64,000 nt of DNA, from positions 2,690,607-2,754,606 of the forward strand of contig JBNZDD010013627.1 of NCBI GenBank assembly GCA_050575255.1, read 5' to 3'. The position numbers and the translations under genes were made by a program. Each line of letters begins with the position of its first letter. Within the stretch, counting starts at the first letter, position 1. The stretch is from Harriotta raleighana (lineage: Eukaryota). Below the pieces are notes generated by a model, which saw only the letters and a program-made list of their open reading frames with translations, did not search any database and had not been told where the DNA came from. Positions 13,879 through 25,324 of this stretch are shown in pieces.

Positions 13879-14028
13879 GAGGTGCTCATGAAGGATTGCA
13901 GCATTTGGGCCCCTATGGTAACATCCCCAACATCGTAGCTGAACTGACCGGGGATAATATACCAAAGAATTTCAAAGAAGATCAAGGATATCCGGACCCA
14001 CCTAACCCCTGCCCACTGGGCCGAAATG
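13879..14028 (+). CDS. SCG5: 7B2 coding exon 2 (PPNPCP motif)
   Basis: AG/GT bounded, 150 nt. [50 protein letters not shown]. Confidence 0.96.
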
Positions 14029-15118
14029 GTAATTGATACAGTTCAAGAGAAACTCTTTAAAAATGTGTTGAAATTTTTTTTTTTTAATTTAAAAACTGTT
14101 TCAGAGCTTCTCAAATGCTGTTTTGAACTTAATATCTAATTGCTGCTTATTGTTCAAGGTATCTCAACAATATGATAAGGCGCTAAATCAAATGCAAGGA
14201 TTATTATCATTATTATTATGCTGTGTGTAAATAGGCTGCTGGGTTGAACCTACAAATAAACAGGCAAATCCTGGGAAGCGCTTTGAGACACTATGGCATA
14301 AAGTCCTACAGCAAATGCAAGGATTATTATTATATTGTCTCATTATGAATGGGTTTTCAAGGCTGCAAGTGCACAAACTGGTAATCTGGAAAGCCAACTT
14401 GCTCTGGGATACAGTCATTTCCTTGGAAGTAATGGCAATCTAAGCATTAATTCTCTATCACAAAATAACTTTTAAAAATCTGCGCCCTTTAAGTACAAGA
14501 GTAACGCAGATCCATGCTCTCCCAATAGCTGATTTCTTTGTGGAGTTGCTGTCTGTCTAAGAATTTGGAAAGCCTTGTATTCCTTCTACCACAATTGCTC
14601 TGAGTCACTGAGCCAGACTTCCCAGTCTTTCACCAGAGGCAAAATGCACTGACCACTTTCAATGTACAAGAACAACAAAGTTTCCCTTAACATAAGAACA
14701 TAAGAAATGCTCAATGAAAAAAGAACAAAGTCCATTTAGTTCGCCCTCCACCTTCCTGGCGGTCGCACAAACACAAACTACCTATGTATTATACCCCATA
14801 ATGTTACTCCCTAAAAGGAAACTGTGTGCAACACCTTTCAGTTATGCAGCACATTTCACATTGGTTGTCATTCAAAGCATACCCTTCAGTAAACAAATAT
14901 TGAACATGTAAATAAATTAAATAAGTAAATTAATTCACTTTATAGTATGTTCTGTGAGACGTCTCAACAACGTGATAAGGTGCTATATCAAATGTAAGGA
15001 TTATTATTATGATTGTTACAGATTTATCACTGCTAGCAAACCCTCAATACGTGGCAGTCAAAGTGGGTTGGGTTCGTGTTTACAAGCTCTCAGAGGGTGA
15101 TTGTATGATTGCTTTCAG

Positions 15119-15231
15119 CCAATGATGGATGCCTGGAGCTTACTCCTGACACAGCAGAATTCAGCCGAGAATATCAGCTACATCAGCATCTCTTTGACCC
15201 AGAGCATGACTACCCAGCCATGGGGAAATGG
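15119..15231 (+). CDS. SCG5: 7B2 coding exon 3
   Basis: 113 nt. [38 protein letters not shown]. Donor GTAAGT. Confidence 0.96.
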
Positions 15232-15874
15232 GTAAGTGATGACATCCATCCTTTCTACTTCCCAATTCTCACATTATTGGGCTCTGAAGTGTAAGTTGGA
15301 CGATGTGAAAAGGATTTGAGTTGCTCACAGAATATCTGGGGGTCTTAATTAAAGGCGTCTGTTTGCAATCGGTTGTTAGTTGATTGGTGGATCGCTTTCC
15401 AGGAATAATTATCCCCCCTTCCCCAGAAGAAAAATGTGGTTAGTCACTCTGTAAGTGTTTGTGGGACATGCTCTGCACAACTGGCTGCCGTGGTTCAACA
15501 ACAACAACAAAATTACATTTGTTTAGAAAATTCATGTGGAGAGAATATCCAATGCCCGCAAAATACACAATCAATCCACTTCACAGGTTAAGTTATTTAC
15601 TGTTAGTTACATAGTGAATACTATTAAAGTAACTATTAGTATTATATTAATAATTATTGATAATGATCCATTGTTACTATATATTACAATGTATTGTACA
15701 AATATAAAATATATAGTATATATTACATATATTAAAATATTATTAAAATATTACTGTATATTAAATAACTACTATATATTTATTAAATTCAAGAATCAAT
15801 CACTATATTAAAGTTACTATTAGTCCAACCCACATTTTAGATGCTAACATGTGGAAGAAAGACTTATCCGGCTC

Positions 15875-15976
15875 AAAAACAGAAATCGCTGGAAACATTC
15901 AGCAGGTCAGGCAGCATTTATGGAGAAAGGAAAAGTGAATCAACATTTCGGATCCATGACCCTTCATCAGAACTGG
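15875..15976 (-). mobile_element. Penelope-like element terminal repeat with a degenerate hammerhead core
   Basis: Minus strand AGTT-CTGATGA-AGGGTC-ATG-GATCC-GAAA-TGTT-GATT...GCTGCCTGACCTGCTGA. Related copies at ~46400-46657 and 60118-60245. Confidence 0.6.
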
Positions 15977-17048
15977 AGCATGTCGAGAGGAAGAGGCTTT
16001 TAAGGACTAAAAGAGGGGGAGGCAGAGCAAGGAAGACAAAGGAGAAAATGGGGTAGAGGGCAGGAATGATGGGTAAAGAGGTTTTATTGTTGTAAAAACA
16101 AAAGGGGGAATTGCAACAAAACTGGAGAGAAGAAGTGTTAATAACCTTAAACAAAGAGAATGTGAAATTGCAAAAGAACAGGCAGAGCAGGTGGTCATAG
16201 AAGAGGAGGAAGATGAGCTGTTATGGCCCGAGTTTGTTTGACTGTTGGATCTGTTAATTCTGTGGTTTCATCTGGTTCAGACATTTAATTACAATAATGT
16301 GACTGTTGGATCTGCTAATTCTACGTAGATCTGTACAGCGGATCCCACTTTTATTCATTATAAACAAATACAAAATTTTACTCTCAAGCTATTGCTGACA
16401 ATCACCAGCTAACTGCCATCCCTATGTACTTGCCTCAGTATTTAAGATGTTACATCTTGCGAACTGAATTGGTGTTCTTGTTCCAGTTACAAATTGCCCT
16501 GCAATTACTGCCAACATGGGTTGCATGACGATGAATGTTAGTCTAACAATCCACCCACTTGCTAAGACATCAAGAGTGACAGCAGCCCAAAGCATTTCAC
16601 ACCTCACTCAGCAAGGCTTTCATTACAACCCAAGGCAGACAAGGAATGGGCTAATACACGGCTGTGAAGACTGTTCCATGAGAATGCCAGATACACTCAC
16701 TGACCAGAAATTGGTTGTGAGATTATTATAAGTCAGTCACCTCGCTGTCTGAATTGAACATCAATCAATAACTGTGCTTCATGGCCCTGACAGAACAGGA
16801 CCTGAAGAATGACGCTGAAAAACAAGTCTGTCTCCCTGGTCTTCAGCTTCCCGAGTCAGTGATAGCCAACCTCATGGTGTAGTGGGTGTCAGTAGATGTA
16901 AGACCACGGCTCTGGGATAATGATGCACACTTCATACTAGGCATTCAGCCTAATGAGTGATGTTCTGCTGGCTGCACTCTATCCTCGGGAGAGTGATGTC
17001 CCATATCTTCCCATATGGCCTATCCATCGGATGAGATGTTAAAACCAA

Positions 17049-17375
17049 GGAGCTCCTGTGGCTAAGTGGTTAGAGCACTCGCCTTACATGCCTTACAAGC
17101 ATGAGTCCTGTGTTCGAATCCAGGCAGATCAGGGTGAAACCTTGGGCAAGTTTCCTTACTCCACATGCCTAATAATAATCCCTCCAAAAAAATCTACAAT
17201 AATAAAATTGGTCATTTCAATCCATGACTGTTTGTGGGACACTGCTGTGCGCAATTGGCTGCCGCGTTCTGCCCACAAATATACAGTCAATTCACTTTAC
17301 AGTATATTCTGTGAAGCGCTTTGGGACGTTGATAAGATGTGAAAAGCGCTATATCAAATGCAAAGAATCTTATTA
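17049..17375 (+). mobile_element. tRNA-derived SINE (full length, 9-bp duplication in the anticodon arm)
   Basis: Very similar to 6490-6805. Confidence 0.9.
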
Positions 17376-18459
17376 CCTGTATTATTATCCAATGGTTCAA
17401 TGAATAGATTCCCATTCTTTGTTTTAACTATTACCAGAAACCTTTATTTCTGTGTCTTTCTATTCAGTTTCTCTTTAATAATGCATCACATTATCATACA
17501 ATGAGTTGTGGAAGCATTAGGGAACCCTTGGTTCCGCAGCAACCATTAACAATTGAAAATCTGCTGCATCAATAACCTAGTTTAGAGGTAGTGATCTTTA
17601 TGGCATTGTCTTCCCTCTTGTTACCTTAGCAGTTGATCCATTTTGACACGGATTTATGAAGATGTGGAATGCTCCGCCCAGAAGGCTGAAAAAACAGGGA
17701 TGTTTAAAAGGGAGATGGATAAATATTTGAGTACGAGAGGCATTAAAAGCTCAGCAGGATGTAATAACCTAGTTGAACAGGCTCAATGAAGTGAATGGCC
17801 TTCTCCTCTGAAAACAGGACTGGATAAAAATAATAATAATAATCCTTGCATTTGATGTAGCGCTTTTCACCTCTTCTAGACGTCTCAAAACGCTTCACAG
17901 AATATACTGTAAAGTGAATTGACTGTATATTTATGAGCAAAATAAAATGCTATGGTATGGAAGGTACAGTAGCTTCTTTCCAATAACCCAGTGAAACAAC
18001 AACAAAATGACTTTTGTATCGCTTATTTCACGTCAGTAGAACGTACCAAGGCACGATCCCACTGTGTTTCCTGGTGCAGAGTTAAACCATCAGTGGTCAA
18101 GAGATTGGGACTGTGCAGAGAGCAGGTCAGTGAGCAGGTCTGTGTGGCTCTGACTTTGACAGTCTTCAGAAATCTCAAATCATCGCTGTGTGAATACCAC
18201 AAACTACATGGTTGTCAATATTGACAAATAAATATTCATAGACAATTAGTACATTGAATCTGGTTTGCAAATGTAGCAACAAATGACCTCTATTACTGAG
18301 GTAACACAGAACAGGCTTCCGGGGGAAGGGTTATGTATCTATACATGTCTCCTGACATGAAAGGCACTATACAAATATAATTGGTTGTTGTTATGCCATG
18401 TGCTAAAAACAAATATGTTTTAAATATGTTCTTAAACTTGTATCTTTATTCCTCTACAG

Positions 18460-18510
18460 AACAAGAATGTGATTTATGGAAACGTAAAGGGAGGACCAAG
18501 AAAGCGAAGG
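18460..18510 (+). CDS. SCG5: 7B2 coding exon 4 (furin site RKRR)
   Basis: ctacAG|AAC...AGG|GTAAGT. NKNVIYGNVKGGPRKRR. Confidence 0.92.
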
Positions 18511-19263
18511 GTAAGTTTAGTTTTCTATGGGTGACATATGTATAATTTATTTATATAAATACATATTCTAATCATCCAGTCAAATATAGTGGGCTATGGC
18601 TGATGGGAATAGAAGGGGTGGGCACATGTGGAATATAAAATAAATTGGTCATTTCACTCCATGACTGTTTGTGGGACACTGCTGTACGCAATTGACTGCC
18701 ACGTTTCGCTCACATATACAGTCAATTCACTTTACAATATATTCTATGAAGCATTTTGAGACTTCTAGAAGATGTGAAAAGAGCTATATCACTTGCAAGG
18801 ATTCTTCTTATTATTATTATAAACACTGGCACAGACTAGCTTGGCCGAACGACCAGTTTGGTGAAGGTTCTCACTATGATTCTCCACAATTCTCCAAAAT
18901 AGATATTTTTAAAATTAGTTTGAAGACCAACTATTTAATATAGAGTAACATAAAGTGCTATATCAAAATACAAGTATTATTATTATAGAGTAAGAGGGGG
19001 AATGAGGAATGAGGTGACTGAATATCTGGGCCAATTTAGCCTGTATGTAACAAGTGGAACAGGAATATCTAAACTGGGTGAGGAGGAAATAAAACACTGT
19101 TTTATTTACAGCATATCTGCTGCAACTATGATACAAACAACTTACTTCAGCTCAAAATAAGCGATGTTATCAACAGAAAGCATTGGTACATATTCCATTT
19201 AACCAGAAATGCTCTATCTGTGAAGAATTTGGCAGCAGCCTGCCTGGGCCTGGTTTAAATCAG

Positions 19264-19640
19264 GAATGGTACAGTGATAGAATCTCAGCTCTGAGTCAGA
19301 AACTTTGGGTTCAAATCGAACATCGGGACTTGGAATCACATAATGTGTCATCCTTCGGATGAGACGTTACACTAAAGATCCTTGTTAAGGTGCTGGTTAA
19401 AGATATCATGGCACTATTGAAAAAGAGAAGGGAGTTTCTCCCAGTTTCCTGGTCAACAAATCCTCAAAGTTAAAAAAATCGGTTACTCACTTCATGGTTG
19501 TTTTGTGGGATGTTGCTGTATACAAACTGGTTGCCACCCACAAAATAGAGTGAAAGCCACTTCAAAGAGCTGTGAAGCGCTCCGAGGCATCTCGGTCGCA
19601 TGATATGGAAACGCATCAAACACAAGGGATTTATTAATAT
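19264..19640 (+). mobile_element. Old Deu-domain SINE (SacSINE1/AmnSINE-like)
   Basis: TCGGATGAGACGTTA...AAAGATATCATGGCACTATTGAAAAAGAGAAGGGAGTTTCTCCC resembles the recalled Deu domain. Second copy ~57020-57170. Confidence 0.6.
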
Positions 19641-19791
19641 AGAGGAATTGAAGAAGCGAAAAGTTAAATGCCTTCAAAATAAACAAAAGATGCAACTGGT
19701 TTTATTATTTGAAAAAAACTATTTATTGGATATTTACTGTGAGGGATGCTATTGAAATATGATCCACTGAAGGAATTTTTTTGTTTTCCAG

Positions 19792-19890
19792 AGTGTGAAT
19801 CCGTACCTTCAAGGACAACGCCTGGACAATGTTGTTGCCAAGAAATCAGTTCCTCATTTCTCTGAAGAGGACAAAAATCTCAAGGAATAG
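19792..19890 (+). CDS. SCG5: 7B2 coding exon 5 (C-terminal PC2-inhibitory peptide), stop TAG
   Basis: [32 protein letters not shown]. Confidence 0.96.
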   Translation, partial: SVNPYLQGQRLDNVVAKKSVPHFSEEDKNLKE

Positions 19891-20182
19891 AATTCTGCTT
19901 GTCCAGCCTAACACATACCCATAGCTTTCACCCAACTCGGTGTTACACTGAAGTCCTCAAACACATGGTATTTACAGTTTAGAAGATATTATGGCAGAAA
20001 TAAGCTTTTGCGTTGTGTTGCTGTTTTGTTGCAGAGAAAATGTTTATATGGGAAATGTGAGAGAGAGTAGAGTGCCTTTAACTGTGGTCATTTAAATCTA
20101 TCAAGCCTCTGCAACTTGAACTGTAATATGGTTCATTTCAAATCATTATCTTTTTTGTTCTTTAATGATCCATTTGAGAATG

Positions 20183-20188
20183 AATAAA
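20183..20188 (+). terminator. SCG5: Probable SCG5 polyadenylation signal
   Basis: First AATAAA, ~290 nt after the stop. Confidence 0.6.
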
Positions 20189-21174
20189 ATATTCCATGGC
20201 TCCGAGTTGACCTTTAAAAGCTGCTGCCTCAGTTTACACTCTCATCAGTTGCTGAGCACCGACGAACAGGACAGAGCCAACAAGAGGTTAATTAGAACAA
20301 GGAAGGTCTCGCCTCAAACAATAATCCTTGCATTTGATACAGAGCTTTATCACGTCATCAACATGTCTCAAAGCGCTGCGCAGAATATATGACTTGTTGT
20401 TGCTCAGTCTGTAACACTGTTTAAAATGATTGGGTTCATTGCCTGAGGAAAGATAATGAGGGAAATTGGATTATATGGCTCCAGTGGGGAAGCTCACATC
20501 AGCACAGACACACAGAATCAACCGGCCTCCTTTGGTGGTGCAAATAATAATAAAAATAATAAGAAGAAATCATCAAGCAAACATTTAGCTGCCAACAAAT
20601 GTGAGACACAATCTGGATAGGCTCTAGGAGCTGAAAATCAACAAATCCCCTGGGGTGGATGAACCATTACTCCAGGGTATTCAGGGAGACAAAGCAGAAG
20701 ATGTTTGCAGCCATAACAGGCATCACGTGGGAGTCAGTCAGGACTTGGGAGGTTCCAACAGTCCGGAAGCAAGCAGCTGTTTTGTTGCCGTATTCAAGAA
20801 AGGTGGGAAAACTGACTCTGCTGAGTACAGTTCTGAAACTCGGTCAGTCTGTTCACTCGTCAAGTTCACGCACCTGTCGGAGAGCAGCAGAGGCTGCTGT
20901 AGGAAGAGGCTAAAACGTGGCATATGATTCCCCAAATGTAAAGTCCTCAGAAAAATGCATTCAAAAAGGAGCTGCTCAGTCACATACATATACAGTACAT
21001 GGCACAGGGCGCGCTTTGAATGGTAGCACATGGTTTAACAGTGTTGTTAAATTGTATTACCGGGGAATGGAAACGAACACTTCAATTAATTATTTCCATC
21101 ATTTATTATTGAAACATTGCATTTAGATATGTGAGTAGGACAAGATGGAGGAGAAACAAAGGCACAGAGATCCC

Positions 21175-21479
21175 ATAATAATAATAATACTTGCATTTCA
21201 TATAGCACTTTCCACATCTTCTAGACGTCACAAAGCGCTTCAGAAAATTTACCGTAAAGTGAATTGACTGTATTTTGGTGGGCAAAACATGCAGCCAATT
21301 GTGCACAGCAGTGTCCCACACACATTCATGGATTGAAATGACCAATTTTTTTTTTTTTTTGAGAGATTATTATTAGGTGCGTGGAGTAAGGAAGCTTGCT
21401 CAAGGTTTCAGCCTGACTGGAATTGAACTCGTCACTCACTTGTAAATCGAGTGCTCTAACCACTAAACTACAGGACTCC
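21175..21479 (-). mobile_element. tRNA-derived SINE (full length)
   Basis: Reverse complement of the 6490 family. Confidence 0.85.
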
Positions 21480-23386
21480 CATCAAGTCTCCTCCCCACCT
21501 CACCTACATTCCAGCTCATACACAATAATCCACGTTGGCTTTCACAAGAAGGAGAAGGAAATGGCCAGGTGTAAGGAGTGAGTAGAAATTCACGTACAGT
21601 ATGAATTAGACAGGTTAGCCTGGTTGGGCTGAATGGCCTGTCCATTCTATTAAATTTTTGCAAGCTTCCCTCACAATATTCCACTCCACTTCCTACATGA
21701 TGATCAGCTGCACATATCTCCTTGCTCACAGTTGAAGAAAAAGATGGAAATAAAACCACAAGCCAATTGCAGATAGAAAACCTTATTCCAATTTAATTGC
21801 TTATTATCAGACAATCAAGCAAACTCATACCACATTGTTTTTTCCTCTATATGTTATGTTATATGAAAAAAAAATTTGGGTTGCTCGTCCCGAGTGGGTT
21901 AAAGTAAATCTCTGGTACCTCATTGAAACCTGACAGACTGTTCCGCCATCTGCCGTGAGGGCTCTACATGAAGTCACAGGGTATCATCGCCCCATTTACC
22001 AGGAGCTCAAAGCGCAAAACCAACTGCACTAAATTGATAATTCTACTCAGAGAAACCCTAAGGATATTTGCAAATTAATTTGTAACTAATCCTCAAAAGG
22101 ACCCAGAGTATATTCTGAACAGCTGGACGCTCGCTTTGGCAGCTTTGCAGAAAGTGGCTTTGGTCGAAGAGACCCCCAGGTACTTGCAAGACATACATTT
22201 TGTGGATCTCACATTTTAGACCCCACTATCTCAACAACAACTTCAATTTATATAACCCTACACGCCGGACGGCGTCTCAGAGCTTGCAGCACTGAAAGGC
22301 GCTATAAAAGTGTAATTTTGTCGTTGTTGCTGCATTCGACTGGTTTAACTTAAATTGGGCTCTGGTAGCTTGAACTGCGCTCTGCAGCAAAATGATTGAT
22401 CATACAGCTGGAGTACAATACACTAGTTGTTGACTTGTATTGATGTGTGGGTTGTGGTGAACATCAATCTTTGTTTGGACACTATCCTTCCTGATTGCAC
22501 TGAAAAGGCAACGGGAAGGATTATCATTCTCATCTCATCACAGCCAAGACTCCAAAGCAGGTTAACGTTATTTCTTTGTTGAGAAGACATGTATACAAGA
22601 CACGCCCAAATAATTCTGAGCGAGCAGCAGATGGGGTTTCGGTGGCCTATTTGTGAAATCCAGGACCAAGAATTTGAGGTGCATTTGTTATATATATTTG
22701 TTACTTAAAAGTGACTGCGGAGGATGGCAGGCTCTGCTTTCCATTGACATTGCTGAGCACCCTGGAGGCTTCATGGCAGTCACTTTGATTTACATCAATG
22801 CCCCTCACCAGGGAATTTAGATGAAGCAGATATCTGTCAAATAGCTGGTGAGGAAACACAGCCTTGGGACTACAGCTGCTGGAGTCTGGGTTTCTGAATA
22901 CAGTTCATATATCCAGGGCTTGGAATGAATCCTGATTAGTTTGCAGAGATCATCAGCTGCTGCTCGGGATTCAAATCACCTCCAACTGGGTGGAACCATC
23001 ACTCAATGGGAAGGTATGAGTTGTGGATAAGATGATGGTGACACTCTCATGTATTTCACGCCAAGCTGTGTTGCTCACAAGGAAACCAGCAATGGGTTCT
23101 GGTGCTTGCCATCCACCTAGTGAGAGCTCAATCCATAATTCCTAGTTATCAAATGACCAACTCGTAACTACCCCCCCTCCAGTGCTTTGGGACGTCCTCG
23201 TGACGTGAAAGACGCTATATACAAGTGTAATTTTGTTGTTGTTGATGCTGTAACATTATTTTTGTTTCACCGCAAGATTTGTGAAATTGGAAGTCATTTG
23301 CAAAAGATATTTACTCGTCATCTCTTCCACTATAATGATTTAACTGTAAGCATGCTAAACAATGATGCTCAGGGAAACTATATATT

Positions 23387-23410
23387 TTTATTAGGACAGG
23401 AAAGTTTATT
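23387..23410 (-). terminator. SMC2: Probable SMC2 polyadenylation signals (two AATAAA)
   Basis: TTTATT on + at 23387-23392 and 23405-23410, ~160-180 nt past the stop. Confidence 0.55.
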
Positions 23411-23570
23411 TAAAAGATATAGAAAAAAAGTTGCATTCAAAAAGATTTAATAGAAAAGTATAACTTTAAAGTCAGTCAGGTTAAAGAATGGGAATAAGAA
23501 AAGTGGCAGGATTACAAAGAATATGTACGGCCGTGTACACAGTTTATACAGCCGTTTGGGTTTTTTAATC

Positions 23571-23753
23571 CTATATCTTCAGTCTGTTCCTCTTGTCTTT
23601 TACTTTTGTCTTCTCTTGATGTCCAGGGGGGTGTTTGGGGGTGATCTGGTTCTGAGTAAATCTAGCCACAGTGGATACACCATCCACAAACTTAGTTTTG
23701 AACAGGACGTTCGCATTGTTGAACATTCCATCCTTCAATGACACCACGATGAA
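23571..23753 (-). CDS. SMC2: SMC2 exon 25 (last coding exon)
   Basis: [60 protein letters not shown]. Confidence 0.95.
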   Translation of the reverse strand, partial: FIVVSLKDGMFNNANVLFKTKFVDGVSTVARFTQNQITPKHPPGHQEKTKVKDKRNRLKI

Positions 23754-24327
23754 CTGCGAGTGATTGAAAAAAACAAGTTATCAAAACAAAATGAGGTTGT
23801 CTTTCCTAAAATCATTGTATTTCCATTTAACTTCTTTTCCTTCGACAACAACTTACTTAGCCCCTTTCAAGTAAGGAAAAGGTCGTGAAACGTTTACAGG
23901 GATAAGGTAGAGTGGGTAGTGAGCATGCACACATAGTGTGCAGAAGGAATGGAGTCCATACGCTATTTGCACGAAACAAAACCAATAATAAGGCATGTTA
24001 TAACATGATTCCACTCTATACAGCAAAAGAAAAGAAAAAATACAATGATGCATTATTTAATAACCAATCTTCAATTTCATTACAGATTTAAAATGCAAAA
24101 TGACAATTGTAATCACTGTGTGTGATTTGATATTCAACACCTCACCAAGCAAACAGTCACTGGAGGCAGGAATCATCCCACTCCTCTCCTTTCACCTTGC
24201 AAGCCAAAGCTCTGACTGGTAGGGTGGTCCTAGCTGGACAAACAGTGAGATCAATGGCAAGCCCCCAAAACCTCTCACCATTTCCTTCCCCTCCCAAATT
24301 ACACGCATCTAAAGAAAAGCAACAAAC

Positions 24328-24475
24328 CTGGGAGTGTCTGAAATGTGTGCGAAGCATCTGTCCAATGTTTTGGGTATGAGATAGGTCCAGGGCTGCATCA
24401 ACCTCATCCAGGATATAAATTGGAGCAGGTTTGAAGAGCAGCATGGCCAGGATCAGAGACAGAGCCACCAATGAC
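24328..24475 (-). CDS. SMC2: SMC2 exon 24 (Walker B / D-loop)
   Basis: [49 protein letters not shown], 148 nt, AG/GT. Confidence 0.96.
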
Positions 24476-24702
24476 CTGAAGAAAACACATCTCAAAGCTT
24501 AGTTACTTAACGGAACATAACCCTGAACTAAAATAATCATTTATATAACTGATCCACCCAGAATAAATGTAAATCAGTTATATAAGTGAGCATTTTGTCG
24601 CCACTCACAAGCAGTATATATGAGTGAATCTTCAAACATATTCTTAAATGCAGCCAAAATTGAGCAAAGTGACTCTTCTTGCCTGTATATGTCCCTTTAG
24701 AG

Positions 24703-24904
24703 TAGTGGTTTGCAAACTGTGGGGTTCGCCTCCCTTGGGGGTGCGTTGGCTGGGGGGAGGGGGGGAAGCTTTAGAATCTCGAGCCCTCGAGTGCATGTGG
24801 AGCCGAGTGCATAAAGAGCCAAGTGTGAAGGAGAGGGGGGCGCAACAAAACTTTGCTGAGTTAGTAGGGTGGGGGGGCCTCTATTTGAAGTTTGGAAGCC
24901 ACTG
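24703..24904. mobile_element. hAT/Charlie-like MITE
   Basis: Imperfect TIRs TAGTGGTTTGCAAACT / AGTTTGGAAGCCACTG. Left flank CTTTAGAG is Charlie-like, but the right TSD is not preserved. Confidence 0.55.
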
Positions 24905-25108
24905 GTGCACTGGAGCCGGGAGCTTAGACCCTGGTCAAGCAAATTTACAATTTGTTTTGTTGTCATTTCTATTCGCAAATATCAAATTGGAAGATTCATA
25001 AAAATAGTGGATCCAAAACTGACAAAATTGAATAAAAACGCAACAAAAACTTCACATCAAGCAGATATTTACTCCAAAGACTTGTTAAAATAAAAGAAAA
25101 AGACGCAC

Positions 25109-25269
25109 CTTTGACCTCCGCTGAGTTCAGTGAGGTTCTCCTTCCAATCAATGCCAAGGGCCACTTTGAACTCAAGTCCATCCAGGATAGTCTTGCCTTC
25201 CGGAGGTGCCAACATGGCATTCGCTCCAGGAAGCAATGTGCAAAAAATTGAGCCAAAATCTTTGTTCAC
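25109..25269 (-). CDS. SMC2: SMC2 exon 23 (ABC signature LSGGQ)
   Basis: [54 protein letters not shown], 161 nt. Confidence 0.96.
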
Positions 25270-25324
25270 CTGCATGGAGGAGGATTACGATGTGTTCAGT
25301 TCAAAATGATTACGAATTTCATGG

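Noticed and set aside
15590-15820. Very AT-rich ORF-bearing segment (also 12340-12620)
   Set aside because: Low-complexity intronic sequence with no splice or coding signal.
22628-22660. Possible LF-SINE-like remnant (GATGG..TTCGGTGGCCTAT..GTGAAAT)
   Set aside because: About 30 bp of resemblance from memory only, and the flanks do not extend. Needs a Dfam search.
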